Source: a virus
Taxonomy: Duplodnaviria; Caudoviricetes
Virus record (IMG/VR): IMGVR_UViG_3300032303_002965
Location: 2,315 to 66,314 of that record
Length of the DNA stretch: 64,000 nucleotides
Reading direction: 5' to 3' (one strand)
Below, piece after piece: positions 1-9,518 of this stretch (within the stretch, counting starts at the first letter, position 1; each line of letters opens with the position of its first letter). Both the position numbers and the translations under genes were made by a program. The notes under the pieces are model-generated. The model did no database searches. It saw only the letters and a list, made by a program, of their open reading frames with translations, and was not told where the DNA came from.

Positions 1-1
1 T

Positions 2-466
2 GTTAATCAAAGCGCTTTAGGAAAACATCCTCTTGGAACATATGATGGATTACATTTAACTCAAGGAAGATATGTGACATGGAGTAGTGCTCAAATTAAT
101 AGTTCTTCTCCATATTTATTCTTAACAGATGATGGAGCAAATACTCTTGCTCAACGTAATCCAATTTCTCCTTTGTCTGGCCAACAATTCAGAGTTTATA
201 ATAGAACTGGCACTAATTCTGGTGAATTCGGTTTATTTGGTTGGCAAAATAATAATTTAATAATTGGCCCTCAACAAACAAGCTCTGGAATTCTTCGAGA
301 TTTAACTTTAACTGGTAACAATATCAATATCAGTGCTTCTGGTAATACAAATATCGTAGGTAATCTAACAATTAGTGGAAATGCAAATATTAGTGGTTCT
401 TATAATATTTACTCTCAAATAGAAAATGCAAAAAAATTAGCATTAGCATATGCTATAGCCCTATAA
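2..466 (+). CDS. Tail fibre-like protein, C-terminal part (5' end outside the window)
   Basis: Frame is open from base 2 (VNQSALGKHPLG...). N/G/S/T-rich beta repeats (GNNINISASGNTNIVGNLTISG), ending KKLALAYAIAL. Confidence 0.6.
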   Translation, partial: VNQSALGKHPLGTYDGLHLTQGRYVTWSSAQINSSSPYLFLTDDGANTLAQRNPISPLSGQQFRVYNRTGTNSGEFGLFGWQNNNLIIGPQQTSSGILRDLTLTGNNINISASGNTNIVGNLTISGNANISGSYNIYSQIENAKKLALAYAIAL

Positions 467-474
467 TATAAAAG

Positions 475-485
475 GTGTAATCTAT
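475..485 (+). promoter_or_regulatory. Putative late promoter motif GTGTAATCTAT
   Basis: Intergenic; motif starts 21 nt before the ATG at 496 and recurs before other structural genes. Confidence 0.6.
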
Positions 486-495
486 TTAAATATAT

Positions 496-1356
496 ATGAA
501 AAAACTTATAACAGGATATCAGTTCTTAGCAAGTAACAAAATTGTTAATTTTCCAACATCTCTTTACGGACCTCAAAATCCAGTAAATCTTGAGAGTCTA
601 CTACTAATTACTAATGTAAGTAGCGGACAAATAATATATAATTTTGCAGATTCAACAGCCACAGGAATAGCTAATTCAACTAGCGGATTTTTATTGGGTT
701 ATAATACCACATCAATGGCGAATACTGATAAATTGCAAATATTTTATGATGTGCCAAGTGAAGAGTATGATTTTTGCTCTGGTTATCTTACTGGATATAT
801 TACTGGATCTGGAACTAGCACAGGATTATATTCATCATCAGTTCCAGTTGAATTTGGAGCAGTTGGAGGACGAGCAGTTGATGTAGCTTCTGGATTTTTT
901 CCTCAATACGGTAGAAATGCAAATGCAGTATTAAATATTGACTCTCAAGGTGGTGGCGCACTAACTCTTCAAGCAGATCTTGATAAAGATATTGATAGTG
1001 TCACAGCATTTCCTCCAGTTGGTGGTTATGCTAGCAATTATTCCATACAAACTGGAGTTGGTACAATACTAAGTGGCAATAATAGTAGACTTGCTTGGGG
1101 TATTACTAATTATGGCACAGGAAATATTTATCTTAAATTTGGTGCAGGAGCAACGGTAACAACTGGCGTTAGCTTTGGAGTAACTGGCGCTGTTATAACT
1201 GGCAGTAGTTTTAATCTTATATTAAAAAGTGGAAATACTGAATTTGATAATAACGGCGGCAACTTTCTTGATTTTACTCCAAAGTATAATGGTCCAGTTA
1301 GTGTTGCTCAATATCCTAATATTAATATTAAATACATTTCTTGGGAACTAGTTTAA
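496..1356 (+). CDS. Virion structural / fibre-associated protein
   Basis: G/T/S-rich, beta-type sequence. The N-terminus MKKLITGYQF...LLLITNV...IIYNFAD resembles proteins I recall following tail fibre genes in aquatic phages. Confidence 0.45.
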   Translation: MKKLITGYQFLASNKIVNFPTSLYGPQNPVNLESLLLITNVSSGQIIYNFADSTATGIANSTSGFLLGYNTTSMANTDKLQIFYDVPSEEYDFCSGYLTGYITGSGTSTGLYSSSVPVEFGAVGGRAVDVASGFFPQYGRNANAVLNIDSQGGGALTLQADLDKDIDSVTAFPPVGGYASNYSIQTGVGTILSGNNSRLAWGITNYGTGNIYLKFGAGATVTTGVSFGVTGAVITGSSFNLILKSGNTEFDNNGGNFLDFTPKYNGPVSVAQYPNINIKYISWELV

Positions 1357-1357
1357 T

Positions 1358-1633
1358 ATGAAAGAAAAAAAAATTATAATAAATAGTCCAGAAGTTAGTG
1401 AAGAGTTAGTTAAATTTTTTAAAAGTATAAATTTTCAGCACTGGGATAATTCAGATCATACAGTCACAAGAGATGCAAAGTATGGATATACTATAGTTCC
1501 AGGCGCAATTAAGAATGGTGATCAACCAGCTCCAGAAGAGCAAGACAATAGAGAAATTATTGGTTGGCAATTTATTTGCCTTGTTCCAGATGATTTTGTT
1601 GCTCCAGAAGGCGTTTCAATTGAAGAAATTTAA
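1358..1633 (+). CDS. Hypothetical protein (91 aa)
   Basis: Tightly packed between co-oriented genes. Confidence 0.6.
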   Translation: MKEKKIIINSPEVSEELVKFFKSINFQHWDNSDHTVTRDAKYGYTIVPGAIKNGDQPAPEEQDNREIIGWQFICLVPDDFVAPEGVSIEEI

Positions 1634-2410
1634 ATGTATAACAGATACTATGATATTGATGTTGATGCAAAAGCTTACGCAAACAGAATCGTAAAAGCTG
1701 GTGGAAGAATTCCGTCTGATATAGGTAGCGTTAGTGATTTTATAAGAAAATTAAAAATTAATGGATTATGGATTGATATTTTAGATGTTTGGTTAATGAG
1801 AAAAGACCATAATATTGGAACTGGAACAACTGTATATGCTCTTAAAAATGATAGATATAATGCCACAATGTCTTCTGCTTCTATGGTTTGGGATAATACT
1901 GGAATTATAAAAAATGTATCTACGCAATATCTTTCTGTTCCACTAGTTTCCACAGGAGGAAGAGTTAATAGAAGTATAATTGGAGTTTCAAAAAAAGCCT
2001 CAGCAAATCATGAAGTTATATCTTATGGAACTATTTCTGCAGTAAGATTCGCTTTAAGAGTTGACGTTGCAGTAGATAAAGTTAGATTAGACGCTTATAA
2101 TGGATCAATAAATGATAGTTTTGGAAGTACAAATATTACAGCTAATTTTAATCAACTTGCTGCAAGTTATGATACTAATACTTTACTTTTTAAAGCTAAT
2201 AATTTAACAGCAACAACATCAAATATATCAATGAGTTTTGCGCCTTCATCTTTAATATTTTTTGGTGGATGGGATCCAACTCAAATTTCACTAGGATTAA
2301 GCACAACATCTTTTGGATTAATTTCAGATAGAGCTTTTTCATCAGCACAGATTGATACTTTTTATTCTATAATGAAAAATACAATAGGAAAGGGTTTAGA
2401 TTTGCCATGA
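1634..2410 (+). CDS. LamG/ConA-like adhesin paralogue 1 of 5
   Basis: Shares N-terminal (D.D...Y..RI...G....D..SV..F...LK...LW) and C-terminal (Y...K.T.GKGL.LP) motifs with the next four ORFs. Confidence 0.6.
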   Translation: MYNRYYDIDVDAKAYANRIVKAGGRIPSDIGSVSDFIRKLKINGLWIDILDVWLMRKDHNIGTGTTVYALKNDRYNATMSSASMVWDNTGIIKNVSTQYLSVPLVSTGGRVNRSIIGVSKKASANHEVISYGTISAVRFALRVDVAVDKVRLDAYNGSINDSFGSTNITANFNQLAASYDTNTLLFKANNLTATTSNISMSFAPSSLIFFGGWDPTQISLGLSTTSFGLISDRAFSSAQIDTFYSIMKNTIGKGLDLP

Positions 2411-3171
2411 GATTTTACGATCTTGATATTGATGTTAAAAATTATGCAAAGCGCATAATCGACGCTGGATATAAATGTCCAACTGACATTAATAGCGTTA
2501 GTGATTTTGCAAAAGGATTAAAAATTTTAAATTTATGGGGAAACATGATTTGTTGGCCATTAAGATCAAATCAAAACGCTGGAGCTGGAACTACAGCATA
2601 TTCTTTTGGTGGATTAGGAATTTATAATGGAATACTAACAAATGGACCTATTTGGACTGCAAATGGTATTAATTTTGATGGTATAGATGACTATATCACA
2701 ACTCCATTTACAACTGGACTTTCAGAATTTTCTGCATTTTCAATCTCAACAAAAAATATACTTTCTCAAATTATGATAGAAATTGCAAAAGACGATGAAG
2801 GTTCAAATAGAGAATGGGACATTTTTGGAGATTTAAGTGGATACAATCAAGCATATTTATGGAATCCAACACTTACAAATAATACTGGTCCTGCAGTTGT
2901 AACTATACCTAAATTATTATGCTTAAGAGCAAGTTCATCTGTATTTAAATTTAGAAGAAATAACGAATCAGACTCAACAAGTACAGTTGGCGCTTTAACC
3001 CAAGGAAACGCAAAAGTCACTATTGGCGCAAATTCAGCTGGAACAAATCGTTTTTTTAAAGGAACAATATCTACAAGTATACTTTTTAATTTAGCTCTTT
3101 CAGATTCAGATACATCATCTGTTTATTCTTTATATAAATCTACTCTTGGCAAAGGATTGAATTTACCATGA
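2407..3171 (+). CDS. LamG/ConA-like adhesin paralogue 2 of 5
   Basis: GILTNGPIWTANGINFDGIDDYIT is a typical LamG-like start motif; FFKGTISTSILFNLALS is a typical LamG end. ATGA overlaps on both sides. Confidence 0.7.
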   Translation: MRFYDLDIDVKNYAKRIIDAGYKCPTDINSVSDFAKGLKILNLWGNMICWPLRSNQNAGAGTTAYSFGGLGIYNGILTNGPIWTANGINFDGIDDYITTPFTTGLSEFSAFSISTKNILSQIMIEIAKDDEGSNREWDIFGDLSGYNQAYLWNPTLTNNTGPAVVTIPKLLCLRASSSVFKFRRNNESDSTSTVGALTQGNAKVTIGANSAGTNRFFKGTISTSILFNLALSDSDTSSVYSLYKSTLGKGLNLP

Positions 3172-3953
3172 AATATTATAAACTAGACAGAGACACAAAA
3201 GCCTATTTAAAAAGAATGGCTGTTGATGGAATTAAAACTCCAGCTGATATTTATTCTGTTAATGATTTTGTTGTTGGATTAAAAGATTTCAATTTATGGG
3301 GAAATATCGCATTTTGGCCATTAAGATCATTACAAAATGCGGGATCTGGCAATATAGTTTATTCACTCGGTGGATTAAGAATGCGAACCGCAACACATGA
3401 TGGAGTTTGGACAAGTAACGGTATATCTCTTTCCAGCACACAACAAATCAGTGCAAGTTTAATTGATCTTGGTCAAGATGTTACAGTTTTATTTTGTGGT
3501 GCAGGAAATGGAACTACTTATAGTTCTTATCCAATGATATTTGGTGTTCAGTCTTCTTCTACTTTTTATTCTAACGAGATACGTTTTGCATCAAATGGTG
3601 GAGCTGGAGACGCTCAAGGATTTCACAGAAATTCAAGTGGAGATTTTCTTACTAGTACCGCAGTTTTAAATGGAATGTCTGCTTCTACTAATTTTGTTTT
3701 TCATTCTATTTCATCTTCAGTTGGTGGAACCATAAGGATTAGAAATCTTCGAAATGGAACATCAGCAAGCGGAGCATCTCCAACATCTGGAACTGCAACA
3801 TTAAATAGACTTCAAATAAATGGTAGATGGAACGCTGGCTCTTTAGATCTTGCAAATCCAATGACTGCTTCGTTTTGTGCAATTTTTTTACCAAGTAATA
3901 TAAATTCAATTGATTTAATTTATTCATTTTATAAATCTACTCTTGGCAAAGGA
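3133..3953 (+). repeat. Identical 24-bp direct repeat TATAAATCTACTCTTGGCAAAGGA at 3133-3156 and 3930-3953
   Basis: Read directly; lies at the 3' ends of paralogues 2 and 3. Confidence 0.9.
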
Positions 3954-3968
3954 CTTGGACTACCATGA
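3168..3968 (+). CDS. LamG/ConA-like adhesin paralogue 3 of 5
   Basis: Same terminal motifs; WPLRS.QNAG block; ATGA overlaps. Confidence 0.62.
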   Translation: MKYYKLDRDTKAYLKRMAVDGIKTPADIYSVNDFVVGLKDFNLWGNIAFWPLRSLQNAGSGNIVYSLGGLRMRTATHDGVWTSNGISLSSTQQISASLIDLGQDVTVLFCGAGNGTTYSSYPMIFGVQSSSTFYSNEIRFASNGGAGDAQGFHRNSSGDFLTSTAVLNGMSASTNFVFHSISSSVGGTIRIRNLRNGTSASGASPTSGTATLNRLQINGRWNAGSLDLANPMTASFCAIFLPSNINSIDLIYSFYKSTLGKGLGLP

Positions 3969-4777
3969 GATTTTATCAATTAGACAACGATACAAAAAAA
4001 TATATAAAGCGCCTTAATTACAATGGATTTAAAACTCCAACTGATATCTATTCTGTTGATCAATTTATCAGAGGATTAAAAGATTTGGGTATTTGGGTAA
4101 ATTTTGTTGATGGTTGGTTTTTAAGAGGTAACCAAAATGCTGGCTTAGGATCTAACGCTTATTCTTTTAGAAATGGAACATATAATGCAACTCTTATTAA
4201 TGGCCCAGTTTGGCATGGTAATGGAATTAATTTTACAACAACACAATATGGTTATAGTTTAATTAATAATCTTGATCAAGATGTTACTTTAGTTTTTGTA
4301 GGAGCAGGAAATAGACAAGCTTTTACTGGTTTTGGTCAAATTTTTGGAGTTCAAATTGATGGAGTTTATGCTAATAACGAAATAAGAATACAAGATGCTG
4401 GAGGAGGTGGAACTAATATAACATTAAGTCATAGAAATTCATCTCATTCTTCAGATAGATTTGCTACATCAATTAGTAACCCTCTTAATAATAGTCAAAA
4501 TTATACTATGCTTTTTGGTAGTGCAAAAATAAATACTATATTAAGTATAAAAAATTTAAATACTCAAACTTCTAATACAGGCACTTCTGCTGGACAAGGA
4601 ACAGCAACTCTTAATAGAATGCAACTAAATGGAAGATGGGAAGGATCTTCAAATGCTTTAGGAGTTAATATGACCTCTTCGCTTTGCATGATATTTTCTC
4701 CTCAAATAGATTTTGCATCAACTTCTATTTATGATTTATACAAGTCTACAGCAGGAAAAGAACTAGCTCTACCATGA
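3965..4777 (+). CDS. LamG/ConA-like adhesin paralogue 4 of 5
   Basis: Same terminal motifs; NATLINGPVWHGNGINF; GTATLNRMQLNGRW shared with paralogue 3. Confidence 0.62.
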   Translation: MRFYQLDNDTKKYIKRLNYNGFKTPTDIYSVDQFIRGLKDLGIWVNFVDGWFLRGNQNAGLGSNAYSFRNGTYNATLINGPVWHGNGINFTTTQYGYSLINNLDQDVTLVFVGAGNRQAFTGFGQIFGVQIDGVYANNEIRIQDAGGGGTNITLSHRNSSHSSDRFATSISNPLNNSQNYTMLFGSAKINTILSIKNLNTQTSNTGTSAGQGTATLNRMQLNGRWEGSSNALGVNMTSSLCMIFSPQIDFASTSIYDLYKSTAGKELALP

Positions 4778-5595
4778 TAACTAATAGAACATATGGAATG
4801 GATGCAGACGTTATTGCATATAACGCAAGAATAGTAGCTGGTGGTAATCAAAGCTTAAGTATGCAAAGTTTAAGACAATTAAATCAATTTGTAATTTCGA
4901 TTAAAAAAATGGGTTTATGGGCAAATATGGTCTGCTGGCCATTAAGAGCAAATCAAAATGCTGGAAGCGCAAACACTATTTACAGTTTAGGCGGATTACA
5001 GACATCAAATGCGATAAAAACAGGAGGAAGTTGGGGGCCAGATGGAATTTTCTTTTCTGGTTCAACTGAGTATATGTTATCTGACCTAACAAATACACCA
5101 AAGGATATCACTCTCTTTGTTGTAGCGAAAGGAAACGGAACAACATATAGTTCATTTCCTTATATTGGAGGGGTTTATCATCCATCTTTTTACTATACAT
5201 CATCTCTCGCCCTTGGCAACGCAACTGCAGGTAATGGACTTCTGATGGGCGTTGGACAACCATCTACCTATTCTACTACTTCAACTATTAGTAATGGATT
5301 AAGTAGTTCATCCTCTTTTGTTGCGTTGTGTGGTTCTTATAAAAGAAACTCAGTTTTTAATGTTAGGAATCTGTCTGCATCAACTATTGGAGTACAGAGT
5401 TCATATCCAACAGATGAATCTACAACTATTACAAAAATGGTTCTTAATGGAAGGTGGAATAACGGAAGTATTGAACAAGCAAATCCCATGACATCTTCTT
5501 TTTTTGCAATTATTACGCCAAATTGCGACTCTATCATATCGAATTTTCATTCGCTTTATAAAACCACCCTTGGCCAAGATTTAGGTTTACCATAA
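4774..5595 (+). CDS. LamG/ConA-like adhesin paralogue 5 of 5
   Basis: Same terminal motifs (YKTTLGQDLGLP); WPLRANQNAG; NGRW...NPMTSSF. Confidence 0.62.
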   Translation: MITNRTYGMDADVIAYNARIVAGGNQSLSMQSLRQLNQFVISIKKMGLWANMVCWPLRANQNAGSANTIYSLGGLQTSNAIKTGGSWGPDGIFFSGSTEYMLSDLTNTPKDITLFVVAKGNGTTYSSFPYIGGVYHPSFYYTSSLALGNATAGNGLLMGVGQPSTYSTTSTISNGLSSSSSFVALCGSYKRNSVFNVRNLSASTIGVQSSYPTDESTTITKMVLNGRWNNGSIEQANPMTSSFFAIITPNCDSIISNFHSLYKTTLGQDLGLP

Positions 5596-5600
5596 CTAAA

Positions 5601-5611
5601 GTGTAATATAT
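5601..5611 (+). promoter_or_regulatory. Putative late promoter motif GTGTAATATAT
   Basis: Intergenic; motif starts 15 nt before the ATG at 5616. Confidence 0.6.
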
Positions 5612-5615
5612 TTAT

Positions 5616-5786
5616 ATGATACTAAACAATCCAATTTACATCAATCAAACTGATGCAGATGTTAGATATACTAAAGCAGGAAATTATTATGTAAAAGTAG
5701 CTAGAACTGGAGATCAAACAATATCACAAGATACAGATACAATTAATCAGTTGGCACTTGGACTAAGATGGAAGTATTTAAATTAA
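5616..5786 (+). CDS. Small ORF (56 aa) absent from the ORF track
   Basis: Translated by hand: MILNNPIYINQTDADVRYTKAGNYYVKVARTGDQTISQDTDTINQLALGLRWKYLN. Preceded by the late motif. Confidence 0.6.
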   Translation: MILNNPIYINQTDADVRYTKAGNYYVKVARTGDQTISQDTDTINQLALGLRWKYLN

Positions 5787-5822
5787 AATACCTTATAATT
5801 TGATTATAATATATATTATATA

Positions 5823-5833
5823 GTGTAATATGT
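5823..5833 (+). promoter_or_regulatory. Putative late promoter motif GTGTAATATGT
   Basis: Motif starts 14 nt before the ATG at 5837. Confidence 0.55.
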
Positions 5834-5836
5834 ATT

Positions 5837-6352
5837 ATGACCTATAAAATAGTAGATCTAGCTACAGAATTATATGACGAATTAGGTGAACCAGTTGATG
5901 TTAGTATACCTTCTATAGCTTATTGGCTTAGAAGCAATATTGGTGATCTTAATATCATGATAAATAAAAAATTTTATATAGACGATGCAACATTAGAGGT
6001 TGCTTCTGAAGACACTGATCTATTTGGAAATGTAGAAAAAAGCATATTCAAAATGATATATAGCATTCATTACTATGAAAGATTATTTCGTAATGCATTA
6101 TATGCTGCAACTCAAGATAGCGTTATAAGCATTAGTGATGAAGGCAGTTCAGTAACAAAAATTAATAAAAATGAAATGGCAAAAACATATGCAATGCTTA
6201 GAAAGCAAATAAATGACGAACTTACTGTTTTAACCAAGAACTATAATCTTAATGAAGCTAAACCATTACAAGTCGCTGGAGACGATACAGTTCCTGGTCT
6301 TTATCCTGGCGAAGTTAAAAATGGTACTATATATAATAGGTCTATCACATAA
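5837..6352 (+). CDS. Putative head-tail adaptor / neck protein
   Basis: Helical 171-aa protein, first of four small genes ahead of the tail tube gene. Call is positional. Confidence 0.4.
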   Translation: MTYKIVDLATELYDELGEPVDVSIPSIAYWLRSNIGDLNIMINKKFYIDDATLEVASEDTDLFGNVEKSIFKMIYSIHYYERLFRNALYAATQDSVISISDEGSSVTKINKNEMAKTYAMLRKQINDELTVLTKNYNLNEAKPLQVAGDDTVPGLYPGEVKNGTIYNRSIT

Positions 6353-6795
6353 TGCCAAGTTTATTAACAGATATAGAAATTGCAAATGCAACTGGAGTTA
6401 TGGGAGATCTTTTTGATACATTCTCTAGACCAATAACAGTATACAAAGAACCAAAAAAAATTATTAATCAATTATCTACTAATAGTCTTCCTGGATATGG
6501 TGAAGCAGCGATTAAACAAAATATTACCTATATTCCTGTAAGTGGAGTTTTTGAAGCAAAAATAAAATATAATCCAAAACAAGATCTTGAATTATTACCA
6601 GAATTAAAAAGCCGCGTCAGTAAAGGGGTTATTAAAATAAAAGTTGAAAAAGAAGCTAGAGATTTCATAATGAAAAATGGTAAAACAGAAAAAGTTATGG
6701 TTGATGGAAAACCATATAATGTTATAACAGATGATACAATGAAAAGATTTATTACAGCAGAGTATTTTGTATTTTTTCTAGAGGCAGCATCATAA
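6352..6795 (+). CDS. Putative head-closure protein
   Basis: 147-aa beta-rich protein in the adaptor-closure-neck-terminator position. Confidence 0.4.
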   Translation: MPSLLTDIEIANATGVMGDLFDTFSRPITVYKEPKKIINQLSTNSLPGYGEAAIKQNITYIPVSGVFEAKIKYNPKQDLELLPELKSRVSKGVIKIKVEKEARDFIMKNGKTEKVMVDGKPYNVITDDTMKRFITAEYFVFFLEAAS

Positions 6796-7412
6796 TGAAA
6801 TTTAAATTAAATAAAAATGATTTATCTAAAACAATATCAACTAATCCAGCAGTTGTAAAAGTTATTCGTGAACAAGTTAAACAACTTGTAGAAGAATATG
6901 TTGAAAAAAGCAAGCAAGAAATGATTAATGATTTTGAGAATCATTCAGTTACAAAAGAAATTGATAATGGTCCAGAAGCAGCTAATATTTCAAATACTCT
7001 CGCTGGAGATGGAAATCTTTTTAGTTATATTGGATTTGATGAAGGAAGCAATCCAACAGAAATTATAAAAGATATATTAATAAATGACACAAAAGTTGAA
7101 AATAAACCTACAATTTCTGTAAATGGCAAAGATTTAAAAATTACGTTTCCTGTATCAGGACCAACTTTAAACGAAATTGAATCTGTAACACCTATGCCAT
7201 TTGAAGGTGGTCGCAGTTGGGTTCGTGGCGTTGAAAAAGGTATTTCTGGATTTAGCTACTATATATTTAAAAAATATCTTAAAGGTAGCCGTTCTAGTAC
7301 TGGGCTTCAAACAGAATCAGAAATTCGCACTGGTTCATTTAAACCTACCCCATATATTTCTACAATTTTGAAAAAATTTTATTCAAAAGTCAATGCAAAA
7401 TTTAATGTATGA
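6795..7412 (+). CDS. Putative neck / tail-completion protein
   Basis: Position, plus a basic C-terminal segment (FKPTPYISTILKKF) typical of such proteins. Confidence 0.35.
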   Translation: MKFKLNKNDLSKTISTNPAVVKVIREQVKQLVEEYVEKSKQEMINDFENHSVTKEIDNGPEAANISNTLAGDGNLFSYIGFDEGSNPTEIIKDILINDTKVENKPTISVNGKDLKITFPVSGPTLNEIESVTPMPFEGGRSWVRGVEKGISGFSYYIFKKYLKGSRSSTGLQTESEIRTGSFKPTPYISTILKKFYSKVNAKFNV

Positions 7413-8260
7413 AAGCTCAATTTGAAAATATTTTAATGAGTAGTATGATGCTTTGGTTTGATCATACATTGATTAAAAAAGGCGAAGCCTTTAGCAATTA
7501 TAATAGTGAATTTTATCCTATTACAAATATATTTAATGGTTATTATACTTATGGTGCACCTTTTAAAAATTTAATAAGAGATGAATCTATAACTGGAGTT
7601 AATATTATTAGTGGAGTTTATTTAAATAATAATTTTATTAGAACTGGTCAAAGTGGTTTAGTAGCAATTAACGCAGATCAAGGACAACTTTACTTTAATT
7701 CAGAACTAAATAATCCAACTATAAGTGGCAATTATGCTGTGAAAGATTATGGTATATATTTGACTAATGAAAACGAAGAAAAGATATTATTTGAAACAAA
7801 ATTCAATTTAAACCCAAAAACAACAGAAAATCCTACAGGATTACCTATTAATGCTCAAACTTATCCAGCAATTTATCTTAAAAATAATGGTGGTAATAAT
7901 GAACCATTAGCTTTTGGAGGTTTAGATAGCACAAATATTAATGTACGAGCTATAGTGATTTCTGATTCTATATATAGTATGGATGCAGTAACAACCATAT
8001 TTAAAGATGTTGTTCGCACATATATTCCTCTTATTCAACCAAATGAGATGCCATTTAATAGTTTAAATGGGTTAAAATTTAGTTATAATTATGATCTTCT
8101 TACCACAGGCAGAGCAGGAACTGTTAATAGCGCATATATAAAAAATATATATGTTAGCAAAAATGTGGTTAATAGAAGTCAATATCAAGATCTTAATCCA
8201 GATGCAATATCATCTTTTATTGATTTTGAGCTTGAAATATATAGATATCCAAGATCATAA
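7409..8260 (+). CDS. Putative tail terminator protein
   Basis: Directly upstream of the tube gene; ends with a beta-strand (SFIDFELEIYR). Confidence 0.4.
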   Translation: MKAQFENILMSSMMLWFDHTLIKKGEAFSNYNSEFYPITNIFNGYYTYGAPFKNLIRDESITGVNIISGVYLNNNFIRTGQSGLVAINADQGQLYFNSELNNPTISGNYAVKDYGIYLTNENEEKILFETKFNLNPKTTENPTGLPINAQTYPAIYLKNNGGNNEPLAFGGLDSTNINVRAIVISDSIYSMDAVTTIFKDVVRTYIPLIQPNEMPFNSLNGLKFSYNYDLLTTGRAGTVNSAYIKNIYVSKNVVNRSQYQDLNPDAISSFIDFELEIYRYPRS

Positions 8261-8291
8261 TATAAAAAATAAGCAAAATATCAAAAAATAA

Positions 8292-8302
8292 GTGTAAATA
8301 AA
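8292..8302 (+). promoter_or_regulatory. Putative late promoter motif GTGTAAATAAA, with AGGAG RBS downstream
   Basis: Intergenic before 8324; AGGAG at 8311-8315. Confidence 0.55.
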
Positions 8303-8323
8303 GTAAATATAGGAGATTTTAAT

Positions 8324-9415
8324 ATGCCAAGAAATAGAATTATTTATCAATCAGAAGCTCTTTACGCAGGACCAAGTCCAGCAACAGGAGATCACTTTTC
8401 AGCTGGAAATACAGGAAACAATTTAGTTAATCAATTGCACAGAGTTCAAAGTGCAAATTACAGCTTTAACATCGCTCGTCAAGATGTTAATCAATTCGGT
8501 GAACTTGGAGCTATTGATCGCGTAATCTTAGAATCTCCTACAGTTTCTCTTGATTTCAGCTATATTTTAAATAGTTTTGGTAATGAAGAATCTTTAGGTT
8601 TTGGTCCTTTAGATAGTACTGATGTAACATGTATTTCTGGAATTCTTAACAAAACCGCAGATGAAAGAAATTATTTCATTCGTACAGTAGCAGAAGGAAG
8701 TGATGCACTTTCAATCGGAACTGGTGCAGCTAACCAAAACGTTATTGCTATTGGAAACGGATTTATCACCTCATATTCTACAGAAGCTTCTGTTGGCAAT
8801 TTCCCAACAGCTACTGTTAATGTTGAAGGTCTTAATATGCAATTTGATGCTGGAGTAACTGGAAATTATATTCCAGCTGTTACCCCAAGTAATGGTGCAA
8901 AAATTACAAGTAAAAAATATGCACTACCTACAGCAGTAAGTTCTATTGCTCAAGGTGGAGTAAGTGCTTTGCGCCCAGGAGATATTAATTTTACTCTAGA
9001 TCAACCATCAGGTGGTGCTACAATTACTGATGCAAAAATTCAAAGTTATACAATCAGTTTTGATCTAGCTCGTACCCCACTACAAAAACTCGGAAGTAAG
9101 TTTGCTTTCGCAAGAGAAATCAACTTCCCAGTTACAGTTAACATGCAAATCCAAGCAGAACTTGGTGAGCTAACAACTGGTACTCTAGCTGATATTATCA
9201 CTGCAGATAGAACCTACGATCTACAAGTCACTCTAAAACATCCAACAAGTGGCACAGATCACATGATCTACAAAGTTGAAGGAGCAAAATTAGATAGTCA
9301 AGAATTCTCAAGCTCCATCGGTGCTAACAAAGCAGTAACACTAAACTTCTCTACTCAAATTGGAGGTCCAAGTCAATCAAGTATCGGACTATTCATGAGT
9401 GGATTAAAAGACTAA
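8324..9415 (+). CDS. Major tail tube protein
   Basis: Strong RBS and a downstream terminator. Tube-like motif RVQSANYSFNIARQDVNQFG occurs in duplicated form (KIQSYTISFDLARTPLQKLG). Upstream of chaperones and tape measure. Confidence 0.7.
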   Translation: MPRNRIIYQSEALYAGPSPATGDHFSAGNTGNNLVNQLHRVQSANYSFNIARQDVNQFGELGAIDRVILESPTVSLDFSYILNSFGNEESLGFGPLDSTDVTCISGILNKTADERNYFIRTVAEGSDALSIGTGAANQNVIAIGNGFITSYSTEASVGNFPTATVNVEGLNMQFDAGVTGNYIPAVTPSNGAKITSKKYALPTAVSSIAQGGVSALRPGDINFTLDQPSGGATITDAKIQSYTISFDLARTPLQKLGSKFAFAREINFPVTVNMQIQAELGELTTGTLADIITADRTYDLQVTLKHPTSGTDHMIYKVEGAKLDSQEFSSSIGANKAVTLNFSTQIGGPSQSSIGLFMSGLKD

Positions 9416-9441
9416 TATACAGAATAGTTAAAGATATAAAG

Positions 9442-9478
9442 TACCCCGCTAAGTTTAATCTTGGCGGGGTATTTTTTT
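9442..9478 (+). terminator. Rho-independent terminator
   Basis: Stem TACCCCGCTAAG / CTTGGCGGGGTA (one G-U pair), 6-nt loop, then seven T. Confidence 0.88.
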
Positions 9479-9479
9479 G

Positions 9480-9490
9480 GTGTAATATAT
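9480..9490 (+). promoter_or_regulatory. Putative late promoter motif GTGTAATATAT
   Basis: Immediately after the terminator and before the ORF at 9519. Confidence 0.6.
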
Positions 9491-9518
9491 AGTAAGGTAA
9501 AAGGTCAAAGGTAAATCT

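Noticed and set aside
1634-5595. Diversity-generating retroelement acting on the paralogue array
   Set aside because: No reverse transcriptase in the window. Differences between copies are not restricted to adenines, and there is no near-identical ~100-bp template/variable pair.
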